A DNA stretch of 64,000 nt. It comes from a virus (Duplodnaviria > Caudoviricetes). The translations under genes were made by a program, and so were the position numbers. This document shows positions 34,938-44,164 of the stretch, piece by piece. The DNA is taken from positions 1,700 to 65,699 of the IMG/VR virus record IMGVR_UViG_2687453284_000002. The stretch is one strand, 5' to 3'. The notes beneath the pieces are model-generated. The model made no database searches. It saw only the letters and a list, made by a program, of their open reading frames with translations, and was not told the DNA's origin. The number at the start of each line of letters is the position of its first letter. Position 1 is the stretch's first letter.

Positions 34938-36211
34938 TGCCTTCCCTGAACGTGCCACAGGCGCAGTTCTTGGCTCTGCCGCACAAGTTCAAGGCGTTCG
35001 TGGCCGGCTTCGGCTCCGGCAAGACGTGGGTGGGGGGCGCTGGGCTGTGCAAGCACGCCTGGGAGTTTCCGCGCATCAACGCCGGCTACTTCGCGCCGAC
35101 CTACGGCCAGATCCGGGACATCTTCTTCCCGACCATCGAGGAGGTGGCCCACGACTGGGGGTTGGTGGCGAAGGTGAATGCCTCCAACAAGGAGGTGCAC
35201 CTCTACAGCGGGCGCCGGTACCGGACGACGATCATCTGCCGGTCGATGGACGACCCGGGCAAGATCGTGGGTTTCAAGATCGGCAAGGCGCTGGTCGACG
35301 AGCTCGACGTCATGCGCAAGATCGAGGCGCAGACTGCCTGGCGCAAGATCATCGCGCGGATGCGCCAGGTGGCGCCGGGCCTGCTGAACGGCATCGATGT
35401 CACGACGACGCCCGAGGGTTTCAAGTTCGTCTACGAGCAGTTCGTCAAGGCGGCCCGGGAAAAGCCCGAGCTGGCCAGCTTGTACGGCCTGGTGCAGGCG
35501 AGCACGTACCAGAACGCCAAGAACCTGCCGGACGACTACATCGATTCGCTGCGTGCCAGTTACCCGCCGCAGCTGATCGCCGCTTACCTGCGCGGCATGT
35601 TCGTGAACCTGACCAGCGGCTCGGTCTACCCGAACTTTGACCGCCGGTTGAACCACACCGACGAGGTGATGGAGCCGGGTGAGCCATTGCACGTCGGCAT
35701 GGACTTCAACGTGCTGAAGATGGCCGCGGTGATCCTCGTGGTGCGAAAGGGTGAGCCACGCGCGGTGGGCGAGTTGACCGAGGTCCGGGATACCCCGGCC
35801 ATGGCCAAGCTGCTCAAGGAGCGCTTCAAGGACAAGGGGCACCACATTAAGGTGTACCCGGATGCCAGTGGCCAGAACACCAGCAGTAAGAACGCGTCCG
35901 AGTCCGACCTGTCGATCCTGAGGGCCGCGGGCTTCCAGATCGAGGTCAACCCGACTAACCCGGCCGTCAAGGACCGGCTCAACTCGGTGAACGCCCTGAT
36001 CCTGAACGACCAGGGCGAGCGCCGGTTCAAGGTGAACACGCACCTGTGCCCGGTCTACACGGAGGCGCTCGAGCAGCAGCCTTACGACAAGAACGGCGAG
36101 CCGGACAAATCGGGCGGCCACGACCACGTGAACGACGCTGGTGGCTACCCGCTGGTCAAGCTCTGGCCGATCGTCAAGCGCACGGCGAAGGTGACTTTGC
36201 TTCGCGCATAA
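34937..36211 (+). CDS. terL: Terminase large subunit
   Basis: Walker A AGFGSGKT, Walker B LVDE, TTPEG, nuclease GMDFN, DHVNDAGGY. Confidence 0.96.
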   Translation: MPSLNVPQAQFLALPHKFKAFVAGFGSGKTWVGGAGLCKHAWEFPRINAGYFAPTYGQIRDIFFPTIEEVAHDWGLVAKVNASNKEVHLYSGRRYRTTIICRSMDDPGKIVGFKIGKALVDELDVMRKIEAQTAWRKIIARMRQVAPGLLNGIDVTTTPEGFKFVYEQFVKAAREKPELASLYGLVQASTYQNAKNLPDDYIDSLRASYPPQLIAAYLRGMFVNLTSGSVYPNFDRRLNHTDEVMEPGEPLHVGMDFNVLKMAAVILVVRKGEPRAVGELTEVRDTPAMAKLLKERFKDKGHHIKVYPDASGQNTSSKNASESDLSILRAAGFQIEVNPTNPAVKDRLNSVNALILNDQGERRFKVNTHLCPVYTEALEQQPYDKNGEPDKSGGHDHVNDAGGYPLVKLWPIVKRTAKVTLLRA

Positions 36212-36223
36212 CCCGACCACACC

Positions 36224-37594
36224 ATGGCAAAAGACGTACGAGCCCTCTCCGCTGTAGTGAAGGCGATGCACAAGCCGCTGCCGCTCATCCGGGCGTTGCT
36301 CGGCGGCACGGCCGCCATGCGGGCAGCCGGGAAAGACTATCTTCCGCAATGGCCGAACGAACAGAGTGAAAGCTATGCCGCGCGGCTCGCTGTCGCCACG
36401 CTGTTCCCAGCGTACAACCGTACGGTTGAGGTCCTTGCAGGCAAGCCGTTCTCCAAGCCGCTGACGCTCAGCGATGACGTGCCTGCTAGGCTTAAGGCCT
36501 GGTGCGAAGACATCGACCTGCAAGGGCGCAACCTGCACACCTTTGCAGCGACCTTGTGTGAGGAGGCGCTGGGCCCAGGCTTCTGCGGAATCCTGATCGA
36601 TTACCCGACGACCAAAGGCTTGCGAACGCAGGCAGACGAGCAGCAGGCCGGCGTGCGACCGTACTTCGTGCACATCCGTCTGGATGACATGCTGGGCTGG
36701 CGATGCAAGCGTGTGAATGGCGTTTGGACGCTGACGCAGTTCCGCTTTCTAGAGACCGCAGTCGAGGAAGATGGTGACTTCGGCGAGAAGGCGATCGAGC
36801 AGGTCAGGGTGCTGTACCCCGGGCGGTGGGAAATACACCGAAAGGTCGATGGGAAGGACGACTGGACGCTGCACGATGAGGGCACCACCACTCTGAAGAT
36901 GATCCCGCTTGTTCCCGTCTACGGTAAGCGCAAGGCCTTCATGATTGGGGTGCCGCCGCTGTTGGATCTCGCATTCATGAACGTCGAGCACTGGCAGTCC
37001 AAGAGCGACCAGCAGACCATCCTGCACGTCGCCCGGGTGCCGATCCTGTTCACCAAGATGCTAGGCGACGAGGTCGAGATCACGGTTGGCGCCAATACTG
37101 CGGTGAAAGCTCAATCGCCCGAAGCCGACATGAAGTTCGTCGAGCACAAGGGCGACGCCATCGAGGCCGGGCGAAAGTCGCTGCTGGATTTGGAAGACCA
37201 GATGCGCCAAGCCGGTGCCGAACTTCTGGTCATCAAGCCCGGCAACGTCACTGAGGCGCAGACGGTGGCCGACAACGAGCAGGGATCCTGCGCGCTGCAG
37301 CGAATTGCCGGCGACCTTGAGGATGCCATTGATGCGGCCCTGCAACTCATGGCGGATTGGGTGGGCGAGAAGGAGGGCGGCCACGTCACCGTCTACAAGG
37401 ACTTCGGTGCTGCGACATTGGCCGAGGCTTCTGCCGACCTGCTGCAGAAGATGAACGTGGCCGGCACGCTGTCCGATGAGACCTTGTTTGAGGAGTTCCA
37501 GCGCCGCGGCATGATACGGCCCGACCTGAGGTGGGGCGACGAGCAGCAGCGGATCGGAAAACCAAGGCCTGGTGCGGCGCCTGAGGCGGCATAG
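36224..37594 (+). CDS. Portal protein (DUF4055)
   Basis: GGT.AMRAAG..YLP..P.E...Y..RL; PPLLDLA..NV.HWQ..SD; follows terL. Confidence 0.9.
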   Translation: MAKDVRALSAVVKAMHKPLPLIRALLGGTAAMRAAGKDYLPQWPNEQSESYAARLAVATLFPAYNRTVEVLAGKPFSKPLTLSDDVPARLKAWCEDIDLQGRNLHTFAATLCEEALGPGFCGILIDYPTTKGLRTQADEQQAGVRPYFVHIRLDDMLGWRCKRVNGVWTLTQFRFLETAVEEDGDFGEKAIEQVRVLYPGRWEIHRKVDGKDDWTLHDEGTTTLKMIPLVPVYGKRKAFMIGVPPLLDLAFMNVEHWQSKSDQQTILHVARVPILFTKMLGDEVEITVGANTAVKAQSPEADMKFVEHKGDAIEAGRKSLLDLEDQMRQAGAELLVIKPGNVTEAQTVADNEQGSCALQRIAGDLEDAIDAALQLMADWVGEKEGGHVTVYKDFGAATLAEASADLLQKMNVAGTLSDETLFEEFQRRGMIRPDLRWGDEQQRIGKPRPGAAPEAA

Positions 37595-37596
37595 CT

Positions 37597-38655
37597 ATGG
37601 GCGATCTATCGATTCTGATATCGCTGCTGTCGATCGAGCGGCAGCTCCACCTCAACCGCGTCTTCGCCCGAGAGTTTGACCTTGTCGCTCAGCTGCTGTC
37701 CAACGTGGTCGACGACGTCAATCGGAAGCTTGACCGCGAGGGGCAACTCACCGATTTCCGCAGGGACCGCCTGCAACGGATCGTCAACGAGATTCAGGAG
37801 CTTGTGTCCGGCCGCTACGCAGAGCTCGGTGAGCAGCTGCGGGACGATCTAAAGGATCTGGCTGGCCAAGAGGCAAAGTGGGCGATGACCAGCCTGAACG
37901 GATCCGTCGGCGTGGACCTGCTGAAGGCCGCGCCGCCTACCGCAGTACTCAATGCCCTAGTGGATGCCGGCTCGTTCCAGGGGGCGCTGTTGTCAGACTG
38001 GCTGGACAAGCAGTCCGGCGACACGGCATTCCGCGTTACCAAACAGATGCGCCTCGGGATAGCCCAGAGCGAGACAAACGCGGAGATCGTGCGGCGCATT
38101 GCTGGGTCGAAACGGCTTGGGATTTCGGGCATTCTGGAGATCAGCCGCCGCGACGCTGAGGCGCTAGTGATCACCGCGGCGCAGACGGTCACGCAGCGGG
38201 CGAGCATGAGGGTGTACGAGGCGAACCCTGACCTGCTGGTCGGCTGGTTCCAACTCTCGACCCTTGACGGCAGGACATCGGACATCTGCATGGCCTACAG
38301 CGGCAAGGAGTGGGACAAGGACTTCAAGCCGGTCGGCCACAAACTACCGTTTAACAACGGCTGCCCGCGGCACTTTCGTTGCCGCAGCCGGATCCTGCCG
38401 AAGTTTCCGGAGCAATACTCTGGGACTGACATCCCGCGGTTCAAGCCGTCGGTGCGCGCCAGCATTGACGGCTACGTCGACGCAAACATCACCTTCGAGA
38501 GGTTTCTGGAGAAGAAGGGGGTGGCGTTCCAGGATGAAATGCTCGGCCCGGGGCGGGCCACTATGTGGAGAGATGGCAAGATTTCCCTGTCCCAGTTGCT
38601 TGACCAGAGGGGGCGGCCGATGACCCTCGATCAACTGAGGAAGAAGTATGAGTGA
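37597..38655 (+). CDS. Minor head protein (SPP1 gp7/Mu gpF family)
   Basis: STLDGRTSDIC...G...P.HFRCRS. Confidence 0.9.
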   Translation: MGDLSILISLLSIERQLHLNRVFAREFDLVAQLLSNVVDDVNRKLDREGQLTDFRRDRLQRIVNEIQELVSGRYAELGEQLRDDLKDLAGQEAKWAMTSLNGSVGVDLLKAAPPTAVLNALVDAGSFQGALLSDWLDKQSGDTAFRVTKQMRLGIAQSETNAEIVRRIAGSKRLGISGILEISRRDAEALVITAAQTVTQRASMRVYEANPDLLVGWFQLSTLDGRTSDICMAYSGKEWDKDFKPVGHKLPFNNGCPRHFRCRSRILPKFPEQYSGTDIPRFKPSVRASIDGYVDANITFERFLEKKGVAFQDEMLGPGRATMWRDGKISLSQLLDQRGRPMTLDQLRKKYE

Positions 38656-38762
38656 GCGAATCACGATCATCAGCGACGGCGCGACCCGTCGATCTGGTTG
38701 AACTGCGCATCACGGCAGAGCTTGCCCCCTTGCCGCAATCCGGCGGCCAGAACGACAAATAG
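38648..38762 (+). pseudogene. Probable deleted or frameshifted remnant of a small gene
   Basis: MSERITIISDGA then, in another frame, VDLVELRITAELAPLPQSGGQNDK*. Confidence 0.35.
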
Positions 38763-38778
38763 CACGACGAAATATTCC

Positions 38779-40765
38779 GTGCGCCGTGCAAAGGCACGGT
38801 TTCTCAGCGGGTGCGAATCCCGCCCGGCAACTCTCGCTCCAGCCGGTAGCAATCGGAGCAGTCGTGGAGGTAACGAAGCGGCTGAAGCCTTCGATGTAGA
38901 GGGTCATGTAAGTGACTTGGCGAGTATGCAGGCCGTAACGTGAGTGAACGCTGAGCAGGCCTCGAAAGACGCAATGCGGAAGCCGACCCGTCGGAATATC
39001 GGGGAAGGCTGCCACCGTGGGGGAAGAGAGCGAAACATGCACCCCGCGGTTCCGCCGGGGTAGTGGCGACAGCATGCATACAAGAGGGAAACCGATGCAA
39101 CACGGGAAGCCCCGTGCGTGGTCGAGCGCAACGACCAACCGGAAGCCGGTGACGGACAGGCCGGGCGCATAGGGGTGGCGGAGAGGCCCGTATTACCGAG
39201 GAAGCTGGGTAATGCCAGTGGAGGAAAGGGGCCTCAGTTCAGAACCAACGTTGAAAGTGGGAAAGGACAGGAGATTGGGAAACCTAGCAACTCCGATTAG
39301 CGTTCAGGGACTACGGACGGCGTTACATGCGAAAGCGAAGGAAGAACCCGAGTTTCGCTTCTATGCCTTGTACGACAAGATCTATCGAATGGACGTGCTA
39401 AGGCACGCCTATGCGTGTTGCCGCGCCAACAAGGGGGCACCGGGTGTAGACGGCCTGACGTTCGATGATGTTGAGCAGTATGGGCAGGAGCGATGGCTTG
39501 GGGAATTGGCGCAGCAGCTTCGGGATGGAACGTATCGTCCGGAAGCGGTAAGAAGGGTCTATATTCCAAAGCCGAACGGCAAACTCAGGCCGCTTGGCAT
39601 TCCGCGACTGGCGGAAAGGGTGTGTCAGACGGCGGCGATGCTGGTCTTGGAGCCAATCTTCGAGGCCGATCTGCCGCCAGAACAGCATGCCTACCGACAA
39701 AACCGGAGTGCACAAAGCGCTGTGCGCGAGGTACACGGGCTACTGGCCAGTGGCCACAAGGATGTTGTGGACGCCGACCTGTCCGGGTACTTCGACACGA
39801 TCCCGCACGTCGAACTCATGAAATCGGTAGCACGCCGGGTTGTTGATAGGCGTGTTCTGCATCTGGTGAAGCTCTGGCTGGATGCCCCGGTGGAAGAGGA
39901 GGATGAGCGAGGTCGCAAGAAGCGCACGACGTCCAATCGGGATACCAAGCGGGGCATTCCGCAGGGCTCGCCGATCTCACCCCTACTGTCCAATCTGTAC
40001 ATGCGACGATTTATCTTGGGGTGGAAGAAGGCTGGCTTGGAACAGCGGCTTGGTGCTCGGATCGTCAATTATGCCGACGATCTGGTCATCTGCTGTAAGG
40101 GCAGCAATGCCCAGAAGGCGCTCGCCGCCATGCGGCAGATGATGGGCCTGCTTAAGCTTACGGTGAACGAAGAAAAGACCCGGATTTGCCGCCTTCCGGA
40201 TGGCGAGTTCGACTTCCTGGGGTACACCTTTGGTCGGCGCTACTCGGTCAAGACTCGGCGGCCGTACATCGCCGCTCGACCGTCGCGAAAGAGCATAAAG
40301 CGCATGACTGAAACGGTGCGTATCCAGACAGGCCGAAACATGGCATGGATGGATGCCGGGGAAATGGTGAAGCGTCTGAATCAGAAACTTGGCGGATGGG
40401 CCAACTACTTTAGCCTCGGCCCGGTCACTCCTGCCTATCGGTTCCTCGACAAGTACACCACAAACCGGCTCCGCCGATGGTTGTGCAAGAAGCACAAGCA
40501 GCGCAGTGGGGGAGTAGCGCGCTACCCCGATGAGTATCTCTACCAGCAGCTTGGACTCATCCGCCTGCCAAAGCTTCCGCAGAACCTTCCGTGGGCGAAG
40601 GCATGATGTTCTGTCCGAGAGCCGGATGCGTTAGTAGCGCACGTCCGGTTCGATGAGCGGGATGTGAAAACGGAGCCACGGTTCGGCTAATGAGGCACCG
40701 CCAAACGAAAGGGGCGGCTACTGATATGCAGAACCTAACGCCACCGCGTCACATCTCGACTCTAC
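38779..40765 (+). mobile_element. Group II intron (ribozyme plus RT ORF), apparently intact
   Basis: 5' GTGCG; DV GAGCCGGATGCG...CGCACGTCCGGTTC; 3' ...CGACTCTAC; EBS1 GGAATAT (38993-38999) is complementary to the 5' exon ATATTCC (38772-38778). Confidence 0.95.
39275..40606 (+). CDS. ltrA: Group II intron reverse transcriptase/maturase, no endonuclease domain
   Basis: NKGAPGVDG, RPLGIP, DADLSGYFDTIPH, GIPQGSPISPLLSNLY, YADD, FDFLGY, GWANYF; start codon uncertain. Confidence 0.95.
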   Translation: MGNLATPISVQGLRTALHAKAKEEPEFRFYALYDKIYRMDVLRHAYACCRANKGAPGVDGLTFDDVEQYGQERWLGELAQQLRDGTYRPEAVRRVYIPKPNGKLRPLGIPRLAERVCQTAAMLVLEPIFEADLPPEQHAYRQNRSAQSAVREVHGLLASGHKDVVDADLSGYFDTIPHVELMKSVARRVVDRRVLHLVKLWLDAPVEEEDERGRKKRTTSNRDTKRGIPQGSPISPLLSNLYMRRFILGWKKAGLEQRLGARIVNYADDLVICCKGSNAQKALAAMRQMMGLLKLTVNEEKTRICRLPDGEFDFLGYTFGRRYSVKTRRPYIAARPSRKSIKRMTETVRIQTGRNMAWMDAGEMVKRLNQKLGGWANYFSLGPVTPAYRFLDKYTTNRLRRWLCKKHKQRSGGVARYPDEYLYQQLGLIRLPKLPQNLPWAKA

Positions 40766-40776
40766 CGATTTATTCC

Positions 40777-40810
40777 AGCGCCCGCGGGCTTCGGTCTGCG
40801 GGCGCTTTTT
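40777..40810 (+). terminator. Intrinsic terminator just downstream of the intron
   Basis: AGCGCCCGCGGGC-TTCG-GTCTGCGGGCGCT followed by TTTT. Confidence 0.85.
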
Positions 40811-40896
40811 CATTGCCCGAGCGGTGGATGCCGCCGGGCGCAACGCCGAGGAATCGGCAACCGCACTGAGGCTGGATAGCCAAGGAAACAGCAACC

Positions 40897-41682
40897 ATGA
40901 AACTGAAGCTCGACGAACAAGGCAACGTAGTTCTCCAGGACGGCAAGCCGGTGTACATCCACGACGACGGCAAGGAGGTGGCATTCGACGCCCCCTCAGC
41001 CGTGTCAAAGATCACCGCGCTGAATGCCGAGGCCCGCAGTCACCGCGAGGCCAAGGAAGCAGCCGAGACCAAGCTCAAGGCGTTCGATGGAATCGAGGAT
41101 GGCGAAGCAGCCCGGAAGGCGCTGGAGACCATCAAGAACATCGATGAAGGCAAGCTGATCGCCGCCGGCAAGGTCGAAGAGATCAAGGCCGCGGCGCAGA
41201 AGGCCGCCCAAGAGCAAGTCGCCGCCGCCAGCAAGGCGCACGCTGAGGAATTGGCGCGCACGAAGCAGGCGCTCGACAATGTGACTGGGGACCTCTACGC
41301 CGAAAAGATCGGCGGCAGTTTCACCCGCTCCAAGCTCATCTCGGAAAAGTTCGCCATCCCGGCAGACCTGGTGCAAGCCCGGTTCGGATCGGCGTTCAAG
41401 GTCGAGGACGGGAAGATCGTGGCCTATGACCAGGCCGGCAACAAGATCTTCTCGCGCGCTCGGCCCGGTGACTTGGCCGACTTCGATGAGGCCCTCGAAA
41501 CCCTGGTCGACCAATACCCCTACAAGGAGCAGATCCTGAAGGGCACGGGTGCGTCTGGCGGTGGGGCGGGCGGCGGCCCGGGCGCTGGCGGAAACAACCA
41601 ACTCAAGGGCAATCTCGGCGGAACGCGGGAAGAGCGCACCGCCGCCATTGCCAGTCGATTCCCTGAACTTTCGAAAGGCTAA
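40897..41682 (+). CDS. Head scaffolding protein (DUF6651-like)
   Basis: MKLKLD..G.VV..DGKPVY..DDGKE, coiled coil, ADFDEALE.LV..YP.K..IL; precedes the capsid gene. Confidence 0.85.
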   Translation: MKLKLDEQGNVVLQDGKPVYIHDDGKEVAFDAPSAVSKITALNAEARSHREAKEAAETKLKAFDGIEDGEAARKALETIKNIDEGKLIAAGKVEEIKAAAQKAAQEQVAAASKAHAEELARTKQALDNVTGDLYAEKIGGSFTRSKLISEKFAIPADLVQARFGSAFKVEDGKIVAYDQAGNKIFSRARPGDLADFDEALETLVDQYPYKEQILKGTGASGGGAGGGPGAGGNNQLKGNLGGTREERTAAIASRFPELSKG

Positions 41683-41685
41683 GCA

Positions 41686-42672
41686 ATGTCCCTCTCTCAA
41701 ATGCAGGTGTTCAACAAGTACATCATGCCGGCGATCATCGAGACGCTGGCGCAAATGGTGGACAAGTTCAACCAGGCCAGCAATGGCGCCATTCGGCTGA
41801 CCACCGAAGGCTTCGAAGGCGACTTCCTGCAGGAGTCGTTCTTCGCGGCCATCCACTCTGCACAGCGTCGCGTCGATCGCTATGCCGCCAATGGCAATGC
41901 AGCGCCCACCGATCTGACCCAGCTGAAGCACAGCTCGGTCAAGGTCGCAGGCGGCTTCGGTCCGATTCGCTTTGAGCCCTCACAGCTTACCTGGCTGAAC
42001 AAGCCGACTGCCGAAGGCATCGAGGTGGCGTCCCGCAACTTCGCCGAGGCGATGCTGGCCGACCAGCTGAACACGGCGATCATGGCGCTGGTGGCTGCGA
42101 TCAGCAACAACGTTGACGCCGTCAACGACGTGTCTGCCGCAAACGGCATCAGCTACGTTGCCATGAACGAGGCGCACGGCAAGTTCGGTGACCACAGCGG
42201 CAATCTGGTGGCGCAGATCATGAACGGCGTCACCTTCCACAAGCTGATCGGTGCCAACCTGGCCAACGCCCAGCATCTGTTCCAGGCGCAAAACGTGCGC
42301 GTGGTCGACATCCTGGGTAAGCCGGTGGTGGTGACCGACTCGCCCGCGCTGTCGACTCCGGCGGTGGTCGGCCCGCCGGCCGTACCTGCAAAGCTGCGGG
42401 TGCTGTCCCTGGCTGAAGGTGCGGCGACCGTCTCCGATGGCTCGGACGTCATCAGCAACATCGAGACCTCGAACGGCAAGGAGCGGATCGAGACCACGAT
42501 GCAGGTGGACTACACCTTCGGCCTTGGCCTGAAGGGCTACACCTGGGATGAAGCAAACGGCGGCAAGTCGCCTACCGATGCGAAGCTGGCGACCGGCGCC
42601 AACTGGGACCAAACCGCTTCCAGCATCAAACACACCGCCGGCGTCATTACCATCGGCGACGCCTCGAAGTAA
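41686..42672 (+). CDS. Major capsid protein
   Basis: 328 aa after the scaffold gene; strong codon bias; FN.ASNGAI, LKGY.WD...GGKSPTDA.L.TG.NW. Confidence 0.9.
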   Translation: MSLSQMQVFNKYIMPAIIETLAQMVDKFNQASNGAIRLTTEGFEGDFLQESFFAAIHSAQRRVDRYAANGNAAPTDLTQLKHSSVKVAGGFGPIRFEPSQLTWLNKPTAEGIEVASRNFAEAMLADQLNTAIMALVAAISNNVDAVNDVSAANGISYVAMNEAHGKFGDHSGNLVAQIMNGVTFHKLIGANLANAQHLFQAQNVRVVDILGKPVVVTDSPALSTPAVVGPPAVPAKLRVLSLAEGAATVSDGSDVISNIETSNGKERIETTMQVDYTFGLGLKGYTWDEANGGKSPTDAKLATGANWDQTASSIKHTAGVITIGDASK

Positions 42673-42728
42673 GCCGTAAATCGCTGTGGTGGTGGGGCTT
42701 CGGCCTCACCGCCTCATGGAGAGAGCAT

Positions 42729-43238
42729 ATGAATATCCGAGAGATTTGGTACGAGCCGCATCCGGTGTCGCCTCAACGCAAGGCCGAGCTGCGCGCCATG
42801 GGAGTGCAGGTTGTGGACGCTGTCTTCAAGCCAGAAGGCTACGAGAACCCTCCGCTCCGGAATGCGGAAGGGTTGTGGGCGGATGGGCCTACCATTGCTG
42901 AGTTCATTGCGGCCGGCTACCCGCCCACAGAGTATCCACCGCATGGCTACGCGCCGCGCAGCACTGCCGAAGAGATCGCTTCCGCCATCGCGGCTGCAAG
43001 CGCAATCGCGCCTGAGGGTGGCCAGCGTCCGGACGGCAGCGCTGCTGGGGTGCAGATCGACGGCCAAGGCCTTGGGGCGATCCATGGCGACAAGCCAGCC
43101 GATACGAACGGCGATGGCAAGCTCGGCATCGAAGAGATCCGTATTGCCTTGACTGCGAAGGGCATCAATTTCGATCCGAAGGCGAAAAAGGCAGACCTGC
43201 AGGCCCTGCTGGACGCCGCCAACAAGCCGCAATCCTGA
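42729..43238 (+). CDS. Head-associated protein with EF-hand-like loop and HeH-like C-terminus
   Basis: IWYEPHPVS.RKAELR; DTNGDGKLGIEE; L.AKGI.FDPKAKKADL.ALL. Confidence 0.75.
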   Translation: MNIREIWYEPHPVSPQRKAELRAMGVQVVDAVFKPEGYENPPLRNAEGLWADGPTIAEFIAAGYPPTEYPPHGYAPRSTAEEIASAIAAASAIAPEGGQRPDGSAAGVQIDGQGLGAIHGDKPADTNGDGKLGIEEIRIALTAKGINFDPKAKKADLQALLDAANKPQS

Positions 43239-43241
43239 TCC

Positions 43242-43736
43242 ATGGCAATCGACACTACCACTGGCAGCCCGACAGCCGACAGCTACGTGTCGGTGGCCGA
43301 GGCGGACGCCTATCACAGCAAGCGCGGCAATACGGCATGGGCTGGTGTGGCAGCGGACGATAAGGAATCGGCCCTGGTGCGGGCTACCGGCTACGTCGAC
43401 GCGGAGTACTCGTGGAAGGGAGTACGGGCTTCCGCTGGCCAGGCGCTCGCTTGGCCGAGGTATGACGTTAGGACGGATGGATACCCGGTCGACCCCGATG
43501 TGGTCCCGCAGCGCGTCAAAGACGCGGTGTGCGAGCTCGCCCTGAAGACGAGGACCGGCGAACTTTCGCCGGACATATCACCGCAGCAGGTGGTCGAGCA
43601 GACGGTAGGGCCGATCACTCGAAAGTTCGCTCCAGCCGAGCGCAATGGCGGTCAGAAGCGGTATGCCTACGTCGATTCGCTTCTGCGCCAGCTGGTGGCG
43701 GGTGGAGGCGGGCAGATTCGTTTGGTCCGCGCATGA
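43242..43736 (+). CDS. Head-tail adaptor (DnaT-like family)
   Basis: ADSYVSVAEADAYH..RG, L.RAT.Y.D, QALAWPR, VP..VK.A.CELA, VGPI. Confidence 0.88.
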   Translation: MAIDTTTGSPTADSYVSVAEADAYHSKRGNTAWAGVAADDKESALVRATGYVDAEYSWKGVRASAGQALAWPRYDVRTDGYPVDPDVVPQRVKDAVCELALKTRTGELSPDISPQQVVEQTVGPITRKFAPAERNGGQKRYAYVDSLLRQLVAGGGGQIRLVRA

Positions 43737-44164
43737 GCGACAACGCCTTTATCCATCGGGACGCCTTTAATCTGCTGTGTGCCGACCGCATCGGCTACGG
43801 CATGAGCAGATCTGTTTTCTCTAGCCGCGTTTTGCCGGATTGCGTGGTGAAGGTCGAGGAGGACGCTGGCCGGTTCCAGAACGTGATTGAGTGGGAGATC
43901 TGGCAGCGCGTGCAAGGCACCGACATCGAGAAGTGGTTCGCACCATGCCGCTGGATCAGCCCGAACGGCGGCGTGCTGGTGATGGCGCGTACCACGCCTG
44001 CTATCGAATATCCGGACAAGATGCCGGTCTTCCTGTGCGATTTCAAACGCACGAACTATGGCGTCTATGACGGTCGCCTGGTCTGCCACGACTACGGCAC
44101 CAGCCTAATCTTCGAGCACGGCATGACCAAGCGCATGCGAAAAGCGGAATGGTGGGACGCATGA
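43733..44164 (+). CDS. Minimal protein-kinase-like protein (143 aa)
   Basis: IGYGMSRSVF, VVK, QNVIE, DFKRTN and DYG in kinase order; ATGA overlaps at both ends. Confidence 0.72.
   Translation: MSDNAFIHRDAFNLLCADRIGYGMSRSVFSSRVLPDCVVKVEEDAGRFQNVIEWEIWQRVQGTDIEKWFAPCRWISPNGGVLVMARTTPAIEYPDKMPVFLCDFKRTNYGVYDGRLVCHDYGTSLIFEHGMTKRMRKAEWWDA

Noticed and set aside
34772-36673. 633-aa minus-strand ORF
   Set aside because: Antisense shadow of the terminase and portal genes
38861-38866. GTCGTG as EBS2 pairing with exon CACGAC (38763-38768)
   Set aside because: It lies in a stem (AGTCGT/GCGGCT) of domain I rather than at the expected EBS2 loop, so it is probably coincidental
39212-40606. RT as part of a DGR, retron or defence RT system
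   Set aside because: It is enclosed by complete group II intron ends and DV/DVI, has YADD and a maturase domain, and I found no TR/VR repeat pair or avd-like gene
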